Origin: a virus
Reading direction: 5' to 3' (one strand)
DNA: 64,000 nucleotides
Virus record (IMG/VR): IMGVR_UViG_3300047472_000191
Span: 60,940-124,939 of that record
Below the pieces are notes generated by a model, which saw only the letters and a program-made list of their open reading frames with translations, made no database searches and was not told where the DNA came from. Below, piece by piece: positions 29,276-39,400 of the stretch (positions are counted from its first letter, which is position 1; the number at the start of each line of letters is the position of its first letter). Both the position numbers and the translations under genes were made by a program.

Positions 29276-29902
29276 GTGCCGAGTATCACCCCCCAGGCCG
29301 CCCCGACTGCCCAGGTGCGGCCCACCCCCGTCGTCTATCCGAGAGTCAACGAAGACGACGCCGTGATCATGGGTCTCGACCCTGGCGGCAAGGAAGGCGA
29401 CGACAAGGGCGGGCACGTCGGGGTCGCCCTGGCCTGCCGGTCCTATGTCGCGGACCCTGCGGCCCCGGGAGGCTGGTCCCTTCAGTCGCCCGGTTGGAGG
29501 GTCTACGACACCTTCGAAATGTCCCCGGACGAGTTCATCCGGTGGTTCGTTACCAATACGTCCGCGATCGACCTGATTTTCGGTGAGATGTTCCGGCTGG
29601 ACAAGGAACGCGCCTACACGCTGATCGGGTCCAGCATGCCGACGTCACAGCTCATCGGCTGGGTCCGCATGCACTGCATGCTGTACGCCCCGACCATTCA
29701 GGTGAACTGGCAGTCGAACATGGTCCTGAAAGGCCCGACTGCGGCGATCCTGCGGGAAAAGGGGATCAAGCCGGTGTCCCCGCCCGGGAAGAACGCCGCC
29801 CGGTTCAGCACGGGGGACCACCAGCGAAGCTCTGAACTCCACCTCTGGCACGGCCTGATGCGCGCTGGGCTTGTCGAGGGAATTAGCTCTGACATAGGGT
29901 AG
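29276..29902 (+). CDS. RuvC-like Holliday junction resolvase
   Basis: IMGLDPGG..VGVA, E-x-F, DHQRSS..H. Confidence 0.65.
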   Translation: MPSITPQAAPTAQVRPTPVVYPRVNEDDAVIMGLDPGGKEGDDKGGHVGVALACRSYVADPAAPGGWSLQSPGWRVYDTFEMSPDEFIRWFVTNTSAIDLIFGEMFRLDKERAYTLIGSSMPTSQLIGWVRMHCMLYAPTIQVNWQSNMVLKGPTAAILREKGIKPVSPPGKNAARFSTGDHQRSSELHLWHGLMRAGLVEGISSDIG

Positions 29903-29948
29903 ATAAGACCACTGTGCCGCCGCGCCTACACACTCCAGGAGACACCGT

Positions 29949-30212
29949 ATGACGACAGCCCCCAGCGAAGAGAGCGTTTGGCAGGAAAAGCGAACCCGCC
30001 AGCACGCTCTGTACCCCCGGCAGCGTGAAGCCCTCCAGTTGTACGCCCGGGGACTGAGGTACAGCGAGATCGCAGATGAGATGGACCTCGCCATCGGCAC
30101 CGCCCGTTCCTACGTCGGAGCCGCCCGCGTGGCCCTCGGAGCCGCCGACCCGACAGAAGCAGTACGGATCGCCGCCGAGCGCGGTGAGATCGAACTCGCA
30201 AGCAACATCTAG
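29949..30212 (+). CDS. LuxR-type HTH DNA-binding protein
   Basis: LYPRQREALQLYARGLRYSEIADEMDLAIGTARSY. Confidence 0.85.
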   Translation: MTTAPSEESVWQEKRTRQHALYPRQREALQLYARGLRYSEIADEMDLAIGTARSYVGAARVALGAADPTEAVRIAAERGEIELASNI

Positions 30213-30426
30213 GCGAACCCCCGCAAGGGAGGCACCGGTTGATCCGGTGCCTCCCTTTTGTGTTTTCTGATGCAGCACGCTTCGCAGGACTTGTTGCAGG
30301 GCTATTTCAGCGTATGATCGGGGACAGCCCCGGAGAATTGCCGCCCAGTGGTGGGCCGGAGCGCTAGTAGCAACTCCCAACGTTGCTAGGATAGAACCAT
30401 CATCCCCGCTGCTTCGGAGCCCCTCC

Positions 30427-31419
30427 ATGACCACACCCCTGCCACCCCTCAAGGTCAGCTATTCCCAGCTCACGACGCTTCGCGACTGTCCCTTGAAGTT
30501 CCGCTGGCACTACTACGACGGCTACCGGGTCATCGCGAAGGATCCGAAGCTGGACCTCGGCTCCGCCTGGCACGAGTGCGTTCTTGAGAACCACTACAAC
30601 GTGATCAAGGACTACCAGGACCACACCCTTGACGGCCGCTCTCCGCAGCGGGGAAGCGCCGATGAGGAGAGTCTTCTCTCCGTCGCCCGTAACACCGTGG
30701 AAGCCGCCCTCACCGCCGCCCTGAAGGGTGAGCAGTACAGCGCGCTGTACCCCGAGGACTACGACGTTCTGCGGTGGATGTACGCCGGTTACACCGCTCA
30801 CTACGGCTGCGACCCGCACTGGCGCATCCTCGACGTGGAACACAAGGGCTTGGCCCCGCTCGGGCAGATCATCACCCCCGCCGGTCGCCGGGATGTCGTT
30901 CTGGACTACCGGATCGACCTCGTGGTGGAAGACCTGGAGCTGGGCGGCGTCTTCGCCGTCGAGTCAAAGTCCGCGAAGACCCTTTCCACCCGGTTTGCTA
31001 TGGAACTGGACGACCAGACCGGTTTGTACGAATGGGCGTTCCGTACCAGCAACCACCCGCAGGCCAAGACGATCAACGGATGCGTCCGCTCCGAAGCCAA
31101 GAAGGCTATGAACGTCGGCGACAAGCCGGGGGCTACCAAGGGCAAGGCGCAGACCCTGGAAGCGCGTCACCAGCGCCTCATGGTGCCCCGCACACCCACA
31201 GAGCTGACTGCTATCTCCCGGGACGCCCTGGCCGCCTCGCAGGCAGCTTACGGCGGCAACCTGCCGATCTACAGCGGCCCCAACCCGGGCGAATGCCAGT
31301 GGAAGTGCCAGTTCAAGGATGTCCACATCGAGTTCCGCAAGGGTCGTCCGATCGCCCAGCTGATGCAGGAACACGGCTTCCGCCAGGTCCCCACCGAGTT
31401 CAACGGCCTTTCGGCCTGA
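30427..31419 (+). CDS. PD-(D/E)xK exonuclease (RecB/Cas4-like)
   Basis: SYSQL..CP, GSAWH, IDLV..ESKS, Q..LY, CQWKC. Confidence 0.85.
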   Translation: MTTPLPPLKVSYSQLTTLRDCPLKFRWHYYDGYRVIAKDPKLDLGSAWHECVLENHYNVIKDYQDHTLDGRSPQRGSADEESLLSVARNTVEAALTAALKGEQYSALYPEDYDVLRWMYAGYTAHYGCDPHWRILDVEHKGLAPLGQIITPAGRRDVVLDYRIDLVVEDLELGGVFAVESKSAKTLSTRFAMELDDQTGLYEWAFRTSNHPQAKTINGCVRSEAKKAMNVGDKPGATKGKAQTLEARHQRLMVPRTPTELTAISRDALAASQAAYGGNLPIYSGPNPGECQWKCQFKDVHIEFRKGRPIAQLMQEHGFRQVPTEFNGLSA

Positions 31420-31433
31420 CGAGAGGAGCTTCC

Positions 31434-31646
31434 ATGCCCGCACACAAAGGGTCGGCCCATCACCTGGCCGTACTCAACGAAACATCCGTCCGGGAAGCCC
31501 GCCGGGAGTACCGCCTCGGAGGGATCTCCGTCCGGGAACTCGCAGACCGCTACGGCGTGACCACCGGGGCCATGCGACGGGCCATCCACGGAATCACCTG
31601 GGCCCACGTCACGGCTACCCCCCTGGAGGACAGCGATGCCGCGTGA
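31434..31646 (+). CDS. Stand-alone HTH of the HNH C-terminal type
   Basis: KGSAHHLAVLNE..ELADRYGV..TWAHV. Confidence 0.7.
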   Translation: MPAHKGSAHHLAVLNETSVREARREYRLGGISVRELADRYGVTTGAMRRAIHGITWAHVTATPLEDSDAA

Positions 31647-31773
31647 TCTGATCCCCGTCCGCTGCCAGAGCTGCGCATTCCCCGGCATGGTCACACGGAC
31701 TCTCTGGCAGCGCGTCCTGGGCCAGCTGGCCTGCGGGAACTGCCGCAAAACCACCGCCTGGAAGGAACGCTGA
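31636..31773 (+). CDS. Small Zn-ribbon protein
   Basis: GGAGG RBS; CQSC...CGNC; 45 aa. Confidence 0.55.
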   Translation: MPRDLIPVRCQSCAFPGMVTRTLWQRVLGQLACGNCRKTTAWKER

Positions 31774-31775
31774 GC

Positions 31776-32300
31776 ATGATCGGCAAGACCACCACCCTCC
31801 TGTTCACCGGGGCCCGCTGGCACCCCAACCCGGAGATCGCCACCACGGCGCTCGCCCGGTACGTCCTGAACGAGGCCCCGGGCTGGGTCGTCGTCCGGCA
31901 CGGGGCCTGCCCCGGAGATCAGTCCATCGACCAGGCGATATCCGAGTGGATACGCGACTGCGGCGAGGCCCTCGGTGTCATCGAAGATCCGATGCCCGCC
32001 GACTGGGACAACTGCGGACCCGGCTGCCCGCCTTACGGAATCATCGGCCACCGCATCTTCAAGCGGCCCGGCGACGTAGAGCACCCCGGCAAGCTGGACA
32101 CCTACTGCCCGCAGGCCGGTCCCCGCCGCAACGCCGAAATGGTCAACAAGCGCCCCCGGGCGGACCGGGCGATCGCGGTTCCGTACGGCCGGTCGTTCGG
32201 CACCCGCAACTGCATCGGCCTGGCCCACGCCGCCGACATCCCCACCACGGTCCTCACCGACCGAAACGTTCCTGCTGTCCTGATGGAGGCCCTGTTCTGA
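31776..32300 (+). CDS. SLOG/YspA-like protein
   Basis: LLFTGARW, VRHGAC, ADWD, AGPRRNAEMV, GTRNCI. Confidence 0.8.
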   Translation: MIGKTTTLLFTGARWHPNPEIATTALARYVLNEAPGWVVVRHGACPGDQSIDQAISEWIRDCGEALGVIEDPMPADWDNCGPGCPPYGIIGHRIFKRPGDVEHPGKLDTYCPQAGPRRNAEMVNKRPRADRAIAVPYGRSFGTRNCIGLAHAADIPTTVLTDRNVPAVLMEALF

Positions 32301-33016
32301 TGGCCGAGATACTCACCTTCAGTTCCAAGATCACCGCAACGCTGGTCCAGTTCACCGGAGACGACACCGGTATCTGCAACGCGGCCCGCGTCTCCACCCT
32401 CGGAGACCTGGCCGAAGGCGCCGGATGTCCCACCAAGAACGCTGGTCTGATCAACTTCCTGATGCGGGACCGGCACGGCAGCCCCTTCGAGCACGGCTCC
32501 ATGACGTTCTTCGTCAAGGCCCCGATCTTCGTGTTCCGCGAGTTCATGCGGCACCGCGTCGGATTCAGTTACAACGAAGAATCCGGCCGCTACAAGCAGC
32601 TCGCCCCCGAGTTCTACTACCCCGCCCCCGGCCGCAACCTCGTGCAGACCGGCAAGCCCGGCGCCTACACCTTCGAGCCCGGCGACGCCGAGCAGTACGG
32701 GGCCGTCTCGTCCAACCTCAAGCGGATCGCCATCGACGCTTACGAGGCCTACGAGTACATGCTCAAGTGCGGCATAGCCCGCGAAGTGGCCCGCATGTGC
32801 CTGCCGGTGAACATCTACAGCTCCGCCTACGTCACCTGCAACCCGCGCTCCCTCATGCACTTCCTGGGCCTGCGCACCCACCGCGAGGACGCCACCTTCG
32901 TGAGCCATCCCCAGCGGGAAATCGAGCTGGCTGCCGAGCAGATGGAAGAGGTCTTCAAGGGCCTCTTCCCCGCCACCTGGACGGCATTCGAGAAGAACAA
33001 GCGCGTAGCACCTTGA
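32300..33016 (+). CDS. thyX: Flavin-dependent thymidylate synthase
   Basis: HGSPFEH, REFMRHRVGFSYNEESGRY, REVAR, HPQREI. Confidence 0.95.
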   Translation: MAEILTFSSKITATLVQFTGDDTGICNAARVSTLGDLAEGAGCPTKNAGLINFLMRDRHGSPFEHGSMTFFVKAPIFVFREFMRHRVGFSYNEESGRYKQLAPEFYYPAPGRNLVQTGKPGAYTFEPGDAEQYGAVSSNLKRIAIDAYEAYEYMLKCGIAREVARMCLPVNIYSSAYVTCNPRSLMHFLGLRTHREDATFVSHPQREIELAAEQMEEVFKGLFPATWTAFEKNKRVAP

Positions 33017-33504
33017 TCAAAGTTCCGGTAACAGACAGGCACGGCACGATAGTGGCCTGGACGCTGATGGATGAAGAGGCTGCGGGTCGTCTGCCCGCGC
33101 CCCTTCGTTCGAACGGTAGCGGTTACGTCACCATGAACGTTCCGCACCCCGTAGTCGAGGGCCGGTATTACACGCTCGGACTGCACCGCTGGGTGCTAGG
33201 GGTTCCCTACGGCAAGCCGGTCCAGGTTGATCACATCAACCATGATCCGCTGGATAACCGCCGTTCGAACCTGCGGGAAACGAGTGCTAGCGGTAACCAA
33301 CAAAACCGTAAGCCCGGGGCCGACAGTCGCAATGTCTCAGGGCTACCTGGTGTCGGGTACCGGCGCGAGAACGCTGATAGGGGATGGGCTCCCTGGTATG
33401 GGCGCAAAAAGTACCAGGGCAAATCGTATCGAACCGGTTACTTCCACACGCCGACCGAAGCTTACGAAGCACTGCAAATTCGGATGAAAGGTGTCGCGCC
33501 ATGA
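33013..33504 (+). CDS. HNH endonuclease with AP2-like domain
   Basis: LHRWVL..VDHINHDPLDNRRSNLR..N; SGLPGV..GYFHTPTEA. Confidence 0.9.
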   Translation: MIKVPVTDRHGTIVAWTLMDEEAAGRLPAPLRSNGSGYVTMNVPHPVVEGRYYTLGLHRWVLGVPYGKPVQVDHINHDPLDNRRSNLRETSASGNQQNRKPGADSRNVSGLPGVGYRRENADRGWAPWYGRKKYQGKSYRTGYFHTPTEAYEALQIRMKGVAP

Positions 33505-33932
33505 CCGAGCGGATGATCAAGAACACTCGGCACGCTGTCCAGCACCCGTGGCCGGAGGACGTGTATCTCCAGGGCGGGGGCCACGGCCTGGTGTTCTCCA
33601 GTGACGGCAACGACTACACCACTGCGTTCGTGGAGGCCTTCCCCGGCAGCACGTTCCTCCGGGGTGAAGGGCCGACCGTAGCGGAGGCCGAAGACGCCGC
33701 GTGGAAGCAGTTCCTGGTGTGGCGGGACTGCGACGGCTCCGGACAGCCTCACGGACCCTACGAGCGCCGTCAGTACCGCAACGGGGCCGGGTTCTGTACC
33801 CGCTGCGGAATCTGGATGAACAAGGTGTTCGAGCCGCTCCCCGAGGACCCTGACCGGAAGCCCTCCAGGCTGGAGCAGTTCCTCACCGCCATCGTCAGCA
33901 AGGACGACTCTCCGAAGGGGGAGGAGCAGTGA
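33501..33932 (+). CDS. Hypothetical protein
   Basis: Coupled ORF; CTRC. Confidence 0.65.
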   Translation: MTERMIKNTRHAVQHPWPEDVYLQGGGHGLVFSSDGNDYTTAFVEAFPGSTFLRGEGPTVAEAEDAAWKQFLVWRDCDGSGQPHGPYERRQYRNGAGFCTRCGIWMNKVFEPLPEDPDRKPSRLEQFLTAIVSKDDSPKGEEQ

Positions 33933-34201
33933 CCGACAACGCGCCCCGGGCAGTCACTCCGGAGGAGCTTTCCGCGATCCTCCGCAGCGACGACGACGGC
34001 CCTGACGCCCTGTACCCGTGCCGCATCGGCATCTTCTGCGACGGGTGCGAAACCGTTGAAGAGCGAGACTTTCTCGTCAACGACCGCACCACCAAGCCCG
34101 AACGCCTGGAGCTGATCCGGGCGTTCGTCCGGACCCTCGGTTGGCTCGCGGACGCGGTTGAGGATCTGTGCCCGCCGTGCCGCCGGAAGGGTCAGGCATG
34201 A
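33929..34201 (+). CDS. Zn-finger hypothetical protein
   Basis: CDGC..GW..DLCPPC. Confidence 0.65.
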   Translation: MTDNAPRAVTPEELSAILRSDDDGPDALYPCRIGIFCDGCETVEERDFLVNDRTTKPERLELIRAFVRTLGWLADAVEDLCPPCRRKGQA

Positions 34202-34368
34202 ACTGGGTGTGGGACCTGCTGGAGCGCCGACGGGAACGGCGGGCCGCCCGGGAGTACGCCCGGATCATCAACACCCCGATGTCCCTCGCAACGGCCCTGG
34301 CTATTCGGAACGCCGAAGTCGCGGGCGACGCCCCCCGGCGCACGGTCAAGCGGACGGAGCAGCCGTGA
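34198..34368 (+). CDS. Hypothetical protein
   Basis: ATGA coupling at the start and GTGA overlap at the end. Confidence 0.55.
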   Translation: MNWVWDLLERRRERRAAREYARIINTPMSLATALAIRNAEVAGDAPRRTVKRTEQP

Positions 34369-34604
34369 ACGCGTACTGGAGCTATCTCCTGACCGCTGTG
34401 GGCATCTACGGCCTTCTCCTGCTCAGAGCCAAGAAGTCGATCGGGTGGGTCGTCGGGCTGGCTGCACAGACTCTGTGGCTCGCCTATGCGATCGCCACCA
34501 GGCAGTGGGGGTTCATCCTGTCCGCCGCCTGCTACGGAACTGTCAACACCCTCGGTCTGATCGCCTGGCGCAAGGCCGAACGAGAGCAGGAGACCACGAC
34601 GTGA
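34365..34604 (+). CDS. Small PnuC-like membrane protein
   Basis: Three hydrophobic helices; GWVVGL..QTLWLAYAIAT.QWGFI. Confidence 0.65.
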   Translation: MNAYWSYLLTAVGIYGLLLLRAKKSIGWVVGLAAQTLWLAYAIATRQWGFILSAACYGTVNTLGLIAWRKAEREQETTT

Positions 34605-34981
34605 GCGAGAACGTAGGCGTAGGTGTCTGGGTCACCAAGGACAGCGGGGAGCGGGAGGCCTACGAGACCGGGATGGTCCGGGATGTACAAGGCCCCGATA
34701 AGCCTCGGTTTGACCTCCTGTGGGCCGAAAATGTCCCGTATGAGGAGCAGTTCCTCACCCGGGTGGCGGCGTTGGCTCAGCGCGGTGCGGCCAAGTACGG
34801 GGACAGAAACCACGAGAAGAGCAGGACGCCGGAGGAGATGGCTCGGTTTAAGGCCTCTGCGCTACGGCACCTGATGCAGTGGCTTGCAGGGGAGACCGAC
34901 GAAGATCACATGGCGGCGGTGACCATGAACCTGTTCATGGCCGAGTCGTGCCGGTGGCGGATGGACAACCCGCCGAAGTAG
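34601..34981 (+). CDS. dATP/dGTP diphosphohydrolase-like protein
   Basis: TGMVRD..KPRFDLL..GAAKYGDRN.EK..SALRHL..EDHMAAV..N. Confidence 0.8.
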   Translation: MSENVGVGVWVTKDSGEREAYETGMVRDVQGPDKPRFDLLWAENVPYEEQFLTRVAALAQRGAAKYGDRNHEKSRTPEEMARFKASALRHLMQWLAGETDEDHMAAVTMNLFMAESCRWRMDNPPK

Positions 34982-35068
34982 GCCCTCCAGGGGGTTGCTG
35001 TCAGCGGCCCCCTGTAGTCTGATTACTTCCGCTGCAACGAAGCCTGTTCGGCGGCTCGGGTACTGAGC

Positions 35069-35104
35069 TTGACACTGAAAAACGATGTGTCTACCTTAGT
35101 ACTC
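35069..35104 (+). promoter_or_regulatory. Consensus promoter overlapped by an inverted copy of the phage motif
   Basis: TTGACA-N17-TACCTT; the reverse strand reads GTACTAAGGTAGACACAT. Confidence 0.65.
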
Positions 35105-35160
35105 AGCGACCCGGCGCCAATCCGGAAGAGACTCGTCAAACCCGTAGAAAAGAGCATCGC

Positions 35161-36180
35161 GTGCCCCGTGTATCAGGCGCACCCGTCCCCCGGACGGAAA
35201 CCAAGATCCCTGAGCAGCACCAGCCCAACCCGGCTGCCCCGTTCGACCCGATGGAGTTCCTGGGACTGACCTCCCTGGAAGAGACCACCGAGTTCATCCG
35301 GGCCATGCTGTACGGCCAGCCCGGCACCGGCAAGACCACGGCTGCCGCCTTCGTCGCCAACCTTCCCGGAGACGGTCTCACCGTCTTCGTCGATGTGGAA
35401 GGCGGCATCAAGAAGGAGGCGCTCAAGCGTCTCGGCGTCGACACCAGCAAGGTAGTGATCTGGCCCGACCGCGAGAAGGGCGAAGAGGTCACCTACGACA
35501 GCATCGAGAAGCTGCTGTTCCGGCTGCGGTCCACTCTCCAGCGTCAGCCCGGATCCATCAAGGCAACCGTGTTCGACTCCTCCACCGAGCTGGGCGCCAC
35601 GCTGCTGCTGGAGATCACCACCTACGCCTACGAGAAGGACCAGAACCTTCCCGAAGCGGCCAAGATCAAGAAGCTGGCCGAGGGCAAGCAGCTGCGCGAC
35701 TCCAAGCACAGCACCCAGATCCAGGACTACGGCACCCTGACCAACCAGGGACGTACCGTCTTCCGGGGCTTCCGTGACCTCGGCTGCCACCTGGTCATCA
35801 CTGCACTGGAGAAGGACGACGCGGAGAACGAGCAGGGCGGCAAGTCCGTCGGCCCGGAACTCCCGAACAAGCTGTCTGCCTCCGTCCGAGGGTATGTGGA
35901 CCTGGTGCTCCGTCTGACGGCGGAAACCCTCAAGACTGGCCCGGCCGAGCAGGTCACCCTGATCTCTGCCGAGACGAAGCAGTCGCTCACCAAGCAGTGC
36001 AAGGACCGCGACGGCGTCCTGCCGATGACGCTTCTGACCCCGACGCTCGACCGCATTCACAAGTACGTCAAGGGCGAGCTGACCGAGGCCACGGACCCCG
36101 AGGCCAAGCGTCACCAGGAAGTCCGGGCCAAGGCCGAGGCGTTCCGCGCCTCTCGCAAGCAGCGCCCCGCAACCGCCTGA
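35161..36180 (+). CDS. AAA ATPase (Sak4/AAA_24-like recombinase)
   Basis: LYGQPGTGKTT, DVEGG, VFDSSTE, KDR. Confidence 0.8.
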   Translation: MPRVSGAPVPRTETKIPEQHQPNPAAPFDPMEFLGLTSLEETTEFIRAMLYGQPGTGKTTAAAFVANLPGDGLTVFVDVEGGIKKEALKRLGVDTSKVVIWPDREKGEEVTYDSIEKLLFRLRSTLQRQPGSIKATVFDSSTELGATLLLEITTYAYEKDQNLPEAAKIKKLAEGKQLRDSKHSTQIQDYGTLTNQGRTVFRGFRDLGCHLVITALEKDDAENEQGGKSVGPELPNKLSASVRGYVDLVLRLTAETLKTGPAEQVTLISAETKQSLTKQCKDRDGVLPMTLLTPTLDRIHKYVKGELTEATDPEAKRHQEVRAKAEAFRASRKQRPATA

Positions 36181-36222
36181 TACACCAGAACCCCCAGAAC
36201 TCACACGCGAGGATAACGAAAC

Positions 36223-36843
36223 ATGCCGAAGCTCAACCCGAACCAGGTCGCCGCTGCCCAGGCCCAGGGCTACGAGGCGAAGGCCGAGGACAAGCCGCTC
36301 CAGCCGCTGCCGGTTGCCGACGGCAAGCCCTACGTCTACAAGCTGGTCGGCTGCACCTCCGGGCCCGCGAAGTCCAACCCGCAGCGCATCCAGTGGACGT
36401 GGGAGATGACGCTCGACGGGCGTTACCACCCGGAGTTCGTCGGCAAGGGCTACCTGGAGCGCATCTGGCACTACACCCCCGTGGACGGCGGGCAGGAATG
36501 GGCCATCGCCAAGATGCTCCACGCGTTCGGCTACAGCCCGGACACCGACACGGACGAACTGATCAACGATGAGGCGACCGTCCTGGCGTTCCTGATCGTG
36601 GACTCGTACGGCACCCCGCCGAAGATCTCCATGAAGGCCCGCCGGTTCGCCTACCACGACGAGGCGGAGCACCCGCAGGCGCAGGGTTCCGAGCCGCCGT
36701 TCGGCGGGGACAACGACCCGTACGCCCCGGCTGCCGTGGGCGCCGTGGCTGCCCCCAAGGATGACCCGTGGGCCGTCTCGCAGCCTTCCGACGCGGTGAG
36801 CGTTCCGCCGCAGGCTGAGGGTGCTCCGGACGACACGTTCTAG
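36223..36843 (+). CDS. Single-stranded DNA-binding-like protein
   Basis: Follows the Sak4-like gene; acidic tail ending DDTF. Confidence 0.6.
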   Translation: MPKLNPNQVAAAQAQGYEAKAEDKPLQPLPVADGKPYVYKLVGCTSGPAKSNPQRIQWTWEMTLDGRYHPEFVGKGYLERIWHYTPVDGGQEWAIAKMLHAFGYSPDTDTDELINDEATVLAFLIVDSYGTPPKISMKARRFAYHDEAEHPQAQGSEPPFGGDNDPYAPAAVGAVAAPKDDPWAVSQPSDAVSVPPQAEGAPDDTF

Positions 36844-36974
36844 TCCTGGGGTGAGGTACTGATTCGACCCCCTGTGCAGCTTGCAGGGGGTCGAACTCAT
36901 ACCCGAGTGAGAGCCCTAGTATGTGCTAGACTGTCACTATTGTGCACAGTACACATATCGACAAGGAGACTCTC

Positions 36975-37256
36975 ATGGACCAGCCCACTCCACGGCGGGG
37001 AGCGTCCCCCTCCAAGGCAGTCCGTACCCCCGAAGAGGCCATGGAAATGGCCCGCAAGCGACCGGGCGTCAAGATCCTGGTATCTGCGGAACACGAGAAG
37101 TACGGCGCCCGCGTCAAGGCCAACGACATCAGGTCCGGCAAGCGCGGCCCCTGGAAGCAGTACCTCGGAGAAGTCCGCACGTCGGCGATGAAGCAGAACG
37201 ACGGCTCATACAACGTGTACATCTACGTCGAGCCGACGCCCGCCACTCTCGACTAG
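36975..37256 (+). CDS. Hypothetical protein
   Basis: AAGGAG RBS. Confidence 0.65.
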   Translation: MDQPTPRRGASPSKAVRTPEEAMEMARKRPGVKILVSAEHEKYGARVKANDIRSGKRGPWKQYLGEVRTSAMKQNDGSYNVYIYVEPTPATLD

Positions 37257-37377
37257 CAGGCACCGGAGTACGCATGGCCTCCACCCACCCATACAGAACC
37301 CGTAACCGCCGGTAGGGACCTCCACGACGGAGGTCCCTACTGGTCTATACAGGGCCGCTACAGGCCCAGGGAGAACC

Positions 37378-39396
37378 ATGCAGACCGTAGAGACCCTCCC
37401 GGCCACCTTCCGCGTTCCCCGCGTCCACATCCTCCCCTCACAGCTTCCTGACGGCCTGTACACCCCCGTCGCCTGGGACCTGGAAACCAGTGCCCTGTAT
37501 TTCGACGAAGGCGGCATCGCCACAGTCTCTGTCGCATGGTTCGAAGACAACATTGAGGACGCTGACCACATCCGCACCGCCGCCTTCCCGTTCGCGCAAG
37601 GAGAAGAGGGCAAGCCGGACTGGAGCGGTCAAGAGGTTCTGTTCGGCAGCGCCGAGGAAATCAACCTCCCGCTGGAGGAGTGGAAGGCGCTCACCGCGTG
37701 GCTCAGCAAACAGCGGCTCATCGCCCACAACGCCCAGTTCGACACGAGCATGATGACGGGCGGCGTCATGACCTACCGGTGGGGCAACGGATACGGCGTC
37801 GACCTGTCCGAACAGCAGTACTGGGACACCATGTTGGCGAACTACATGCTGTGGCCCCGACACCCCCTCGGCCTCAAAGAGACTGCGGAGCGGCTGTGGC
37901 CCGGGGAAGGCCAGAAGGACTCTCAGGAGCGGCTCAAGCAGCACCTGAAGAACCAGAAAAAGAAGCGCGGCAACAAGGGCGGTGTCCGCTACGACCTGGC
38001 GAACTGGGAGGTCATGGAGGATTACGCCGACGACGACGCCTATAAGTGCCTGCGGATCTACCTCGTACAGAAGAAAGCGTTCAAGGCCCCCGACCACCCG
38101 CAGTACCAGCCCTTCAAGGCCGTCCAGTTGCCCGTCCTGCGGCTCCTCGTAGAGCAAGAGAAGCGGGGCATGCCCTACGCCGTGGAAGCCTCCCGTGCAG
38201 CCGCTCAACGCATCGAACCGGCCAAGCAGAAGCTAGCCAGCCAGTTGCCGTTCCTCCCCACCGGAGACCACGCCAAAAACTACTTCTACGGCGACCCGGA
38301 CCAGACCAACATCCGGGGCCACAAGCCCCTGGGACTGTCCCCCGCCTACCGCAGCCCGAAGACGGGGGAGCCCTCCCTCAACTCCGAGGCGCTCCGGGAA
38401 CTGGCAGAGCAGGAAGTCCCGTGGGCGAAAGAGTGGCAGACGTACACCCTGCTGGACCGCGCCCAGTCCATGTACTACAACGGGTGGGCCGACAAGTGCG
38501 GGCCGGACAACCGGATCCGCGCCCGGATCCGGCAGGTCGGCACCGTATCCACCCGGTTCAGCATCGAACGCGCCAACCTCCAGGCCATCCCCCACGGACG
38601 CAAGCTGGAAGGCCTCGCATTCGTCGGCTTGAGCGACCTGCCCACCCCGCGCGCACTGATCCGGCAGCAGGTAGAAGACACGATGCCCGGCTGGGTCCTC
38701 ATGGAGTACGACCTGTCGCAGGCCGAACTTCGCCTCGGGGCCCTGCTGTCCAACTGCAAGAAGATGCTCACCGCGTACTTCGATGACGTCGACCTGCACA
38801 CGTTCACCGCTGAGCAGCTCGGGACGCCCCGACAGGTCGGCAAGGTGGCGAACCTGTCCCTGGAGTACGGTGCCGGACCGACGACGCTCGGGAACATGAT
38901 GGTCAAGATGACCGGTGGCAAGGTCAAGATGCAGCCCTGGGAGCTGAAGGAAGTCCACGCGGGCTTCCACCGGGCGTACCCGGAGCTGAACCAGGCCATC
39001 GAGCGGTGGGACCACTTCGCCCGCCGCAACAAGTTCGTTCCGCTGATCGGCGGCCAGAACCGGTATATCCGTTTTGGTGAAGATACCCGCTTGGCCTGGA
39101 ATCAGCATGTGCAGGGCAGTTTGGGTCAGTACATGCTGCACTGGCTGCTGGAAATCGAAGGCATCGGCCACCAGCTGGGCGTGCACAAGCGGGCCCAACA
39201 GGACGGCATTGGCGGGGCCGGACTGCTGATGGAGGTCCACGACTCGGCGATCAACCTGATCCCGGTGGACCTGGAAGAAGAGTTCTCCCACCTGGTCAAG
39301 AAGGCAGGCGTGGACCTGTGGCGGGACTACTTCGGATACATCAACGGAGGCGTCCCCATGAAGGTGGACGGCAAACCGTTCGCAGAGGGAGAATGA
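37378..39396 (+). CDS. polA: Family A DNA polymerase with 3'-5' exonuclease
   Basis: DLETS, HNAQFD, YADDD; DLSQAELR, RQVGKVANLSLEYG, EVHDS. Confidence 0.93.
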   Translation: MQTVETLPATFRVPRVHILPSQLPDGLYTPVAWDLETSALYFDEGGIATVSVAWFEDNIEDADHIRTAAFPFAQGEEGKPDWSGQEVLFGSAEEINLPLEEWKALTAWLSKQRLIAHNAQFDTSMMTGGVMTYRWGNGYGVDLSEQQYWDTMLANYMLWPRHPLGLKETAERLWPGEGQKDSQERLKQHLKNQKKKRGNKGGVRYDLANWEVMEDYADDDAYKCLRIYLVQKKAFKAPDHPQYQPFKAVQLPVLRLLVEQEKRGMPYAVEASRAAAQRIEPAKQKLASQLPFLPTGDHAKNYFYGDPDQTNIRGHKPLGLSPAYRSPKTGEPSLNSEALRELAEQEVPWAKEWQTYTLLDRAQSMYYNGWADKCGPDNRIRARIRQVGTVSTRFSIERANLQAIPHGRKLEGLAFVGLSDLPTPRALIRQQVEDTMPGWVLMEYDLSQAELRLGALLSNCKKMLTAYFDDVDLHTFTAEQLGTPRQVGKVANLSLEYGAGPTTLGNMMVKMTGGKVKMQPWELKEVHAGFHRAYPELNQAIERWDHFARRNKFVPLIGGQNRYIRFGEDTRLAWNQHVQGSLGQYMLHWLLEIEGIGHQLGVHKRAQQDGIGGAGLLMEVHDSAINLIPVDLEEEFSHLVKKAGVDLWRDYFGYINGGVPMKVDGKPFAEGE

Positions 39397-39400
39397 TCGT

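Noticed and set aside
30427-31419. Cas4-like nuclease as evidence of CRISPR
   Set aside because: No array or other cas genes; it fits a phage recombination exonuclease
34601-34981. Evidence for a 2-aminoadenine (Z) genome
   Set aside because: No PurZ-like gene in the window, and the hydrolase alone is insufficient
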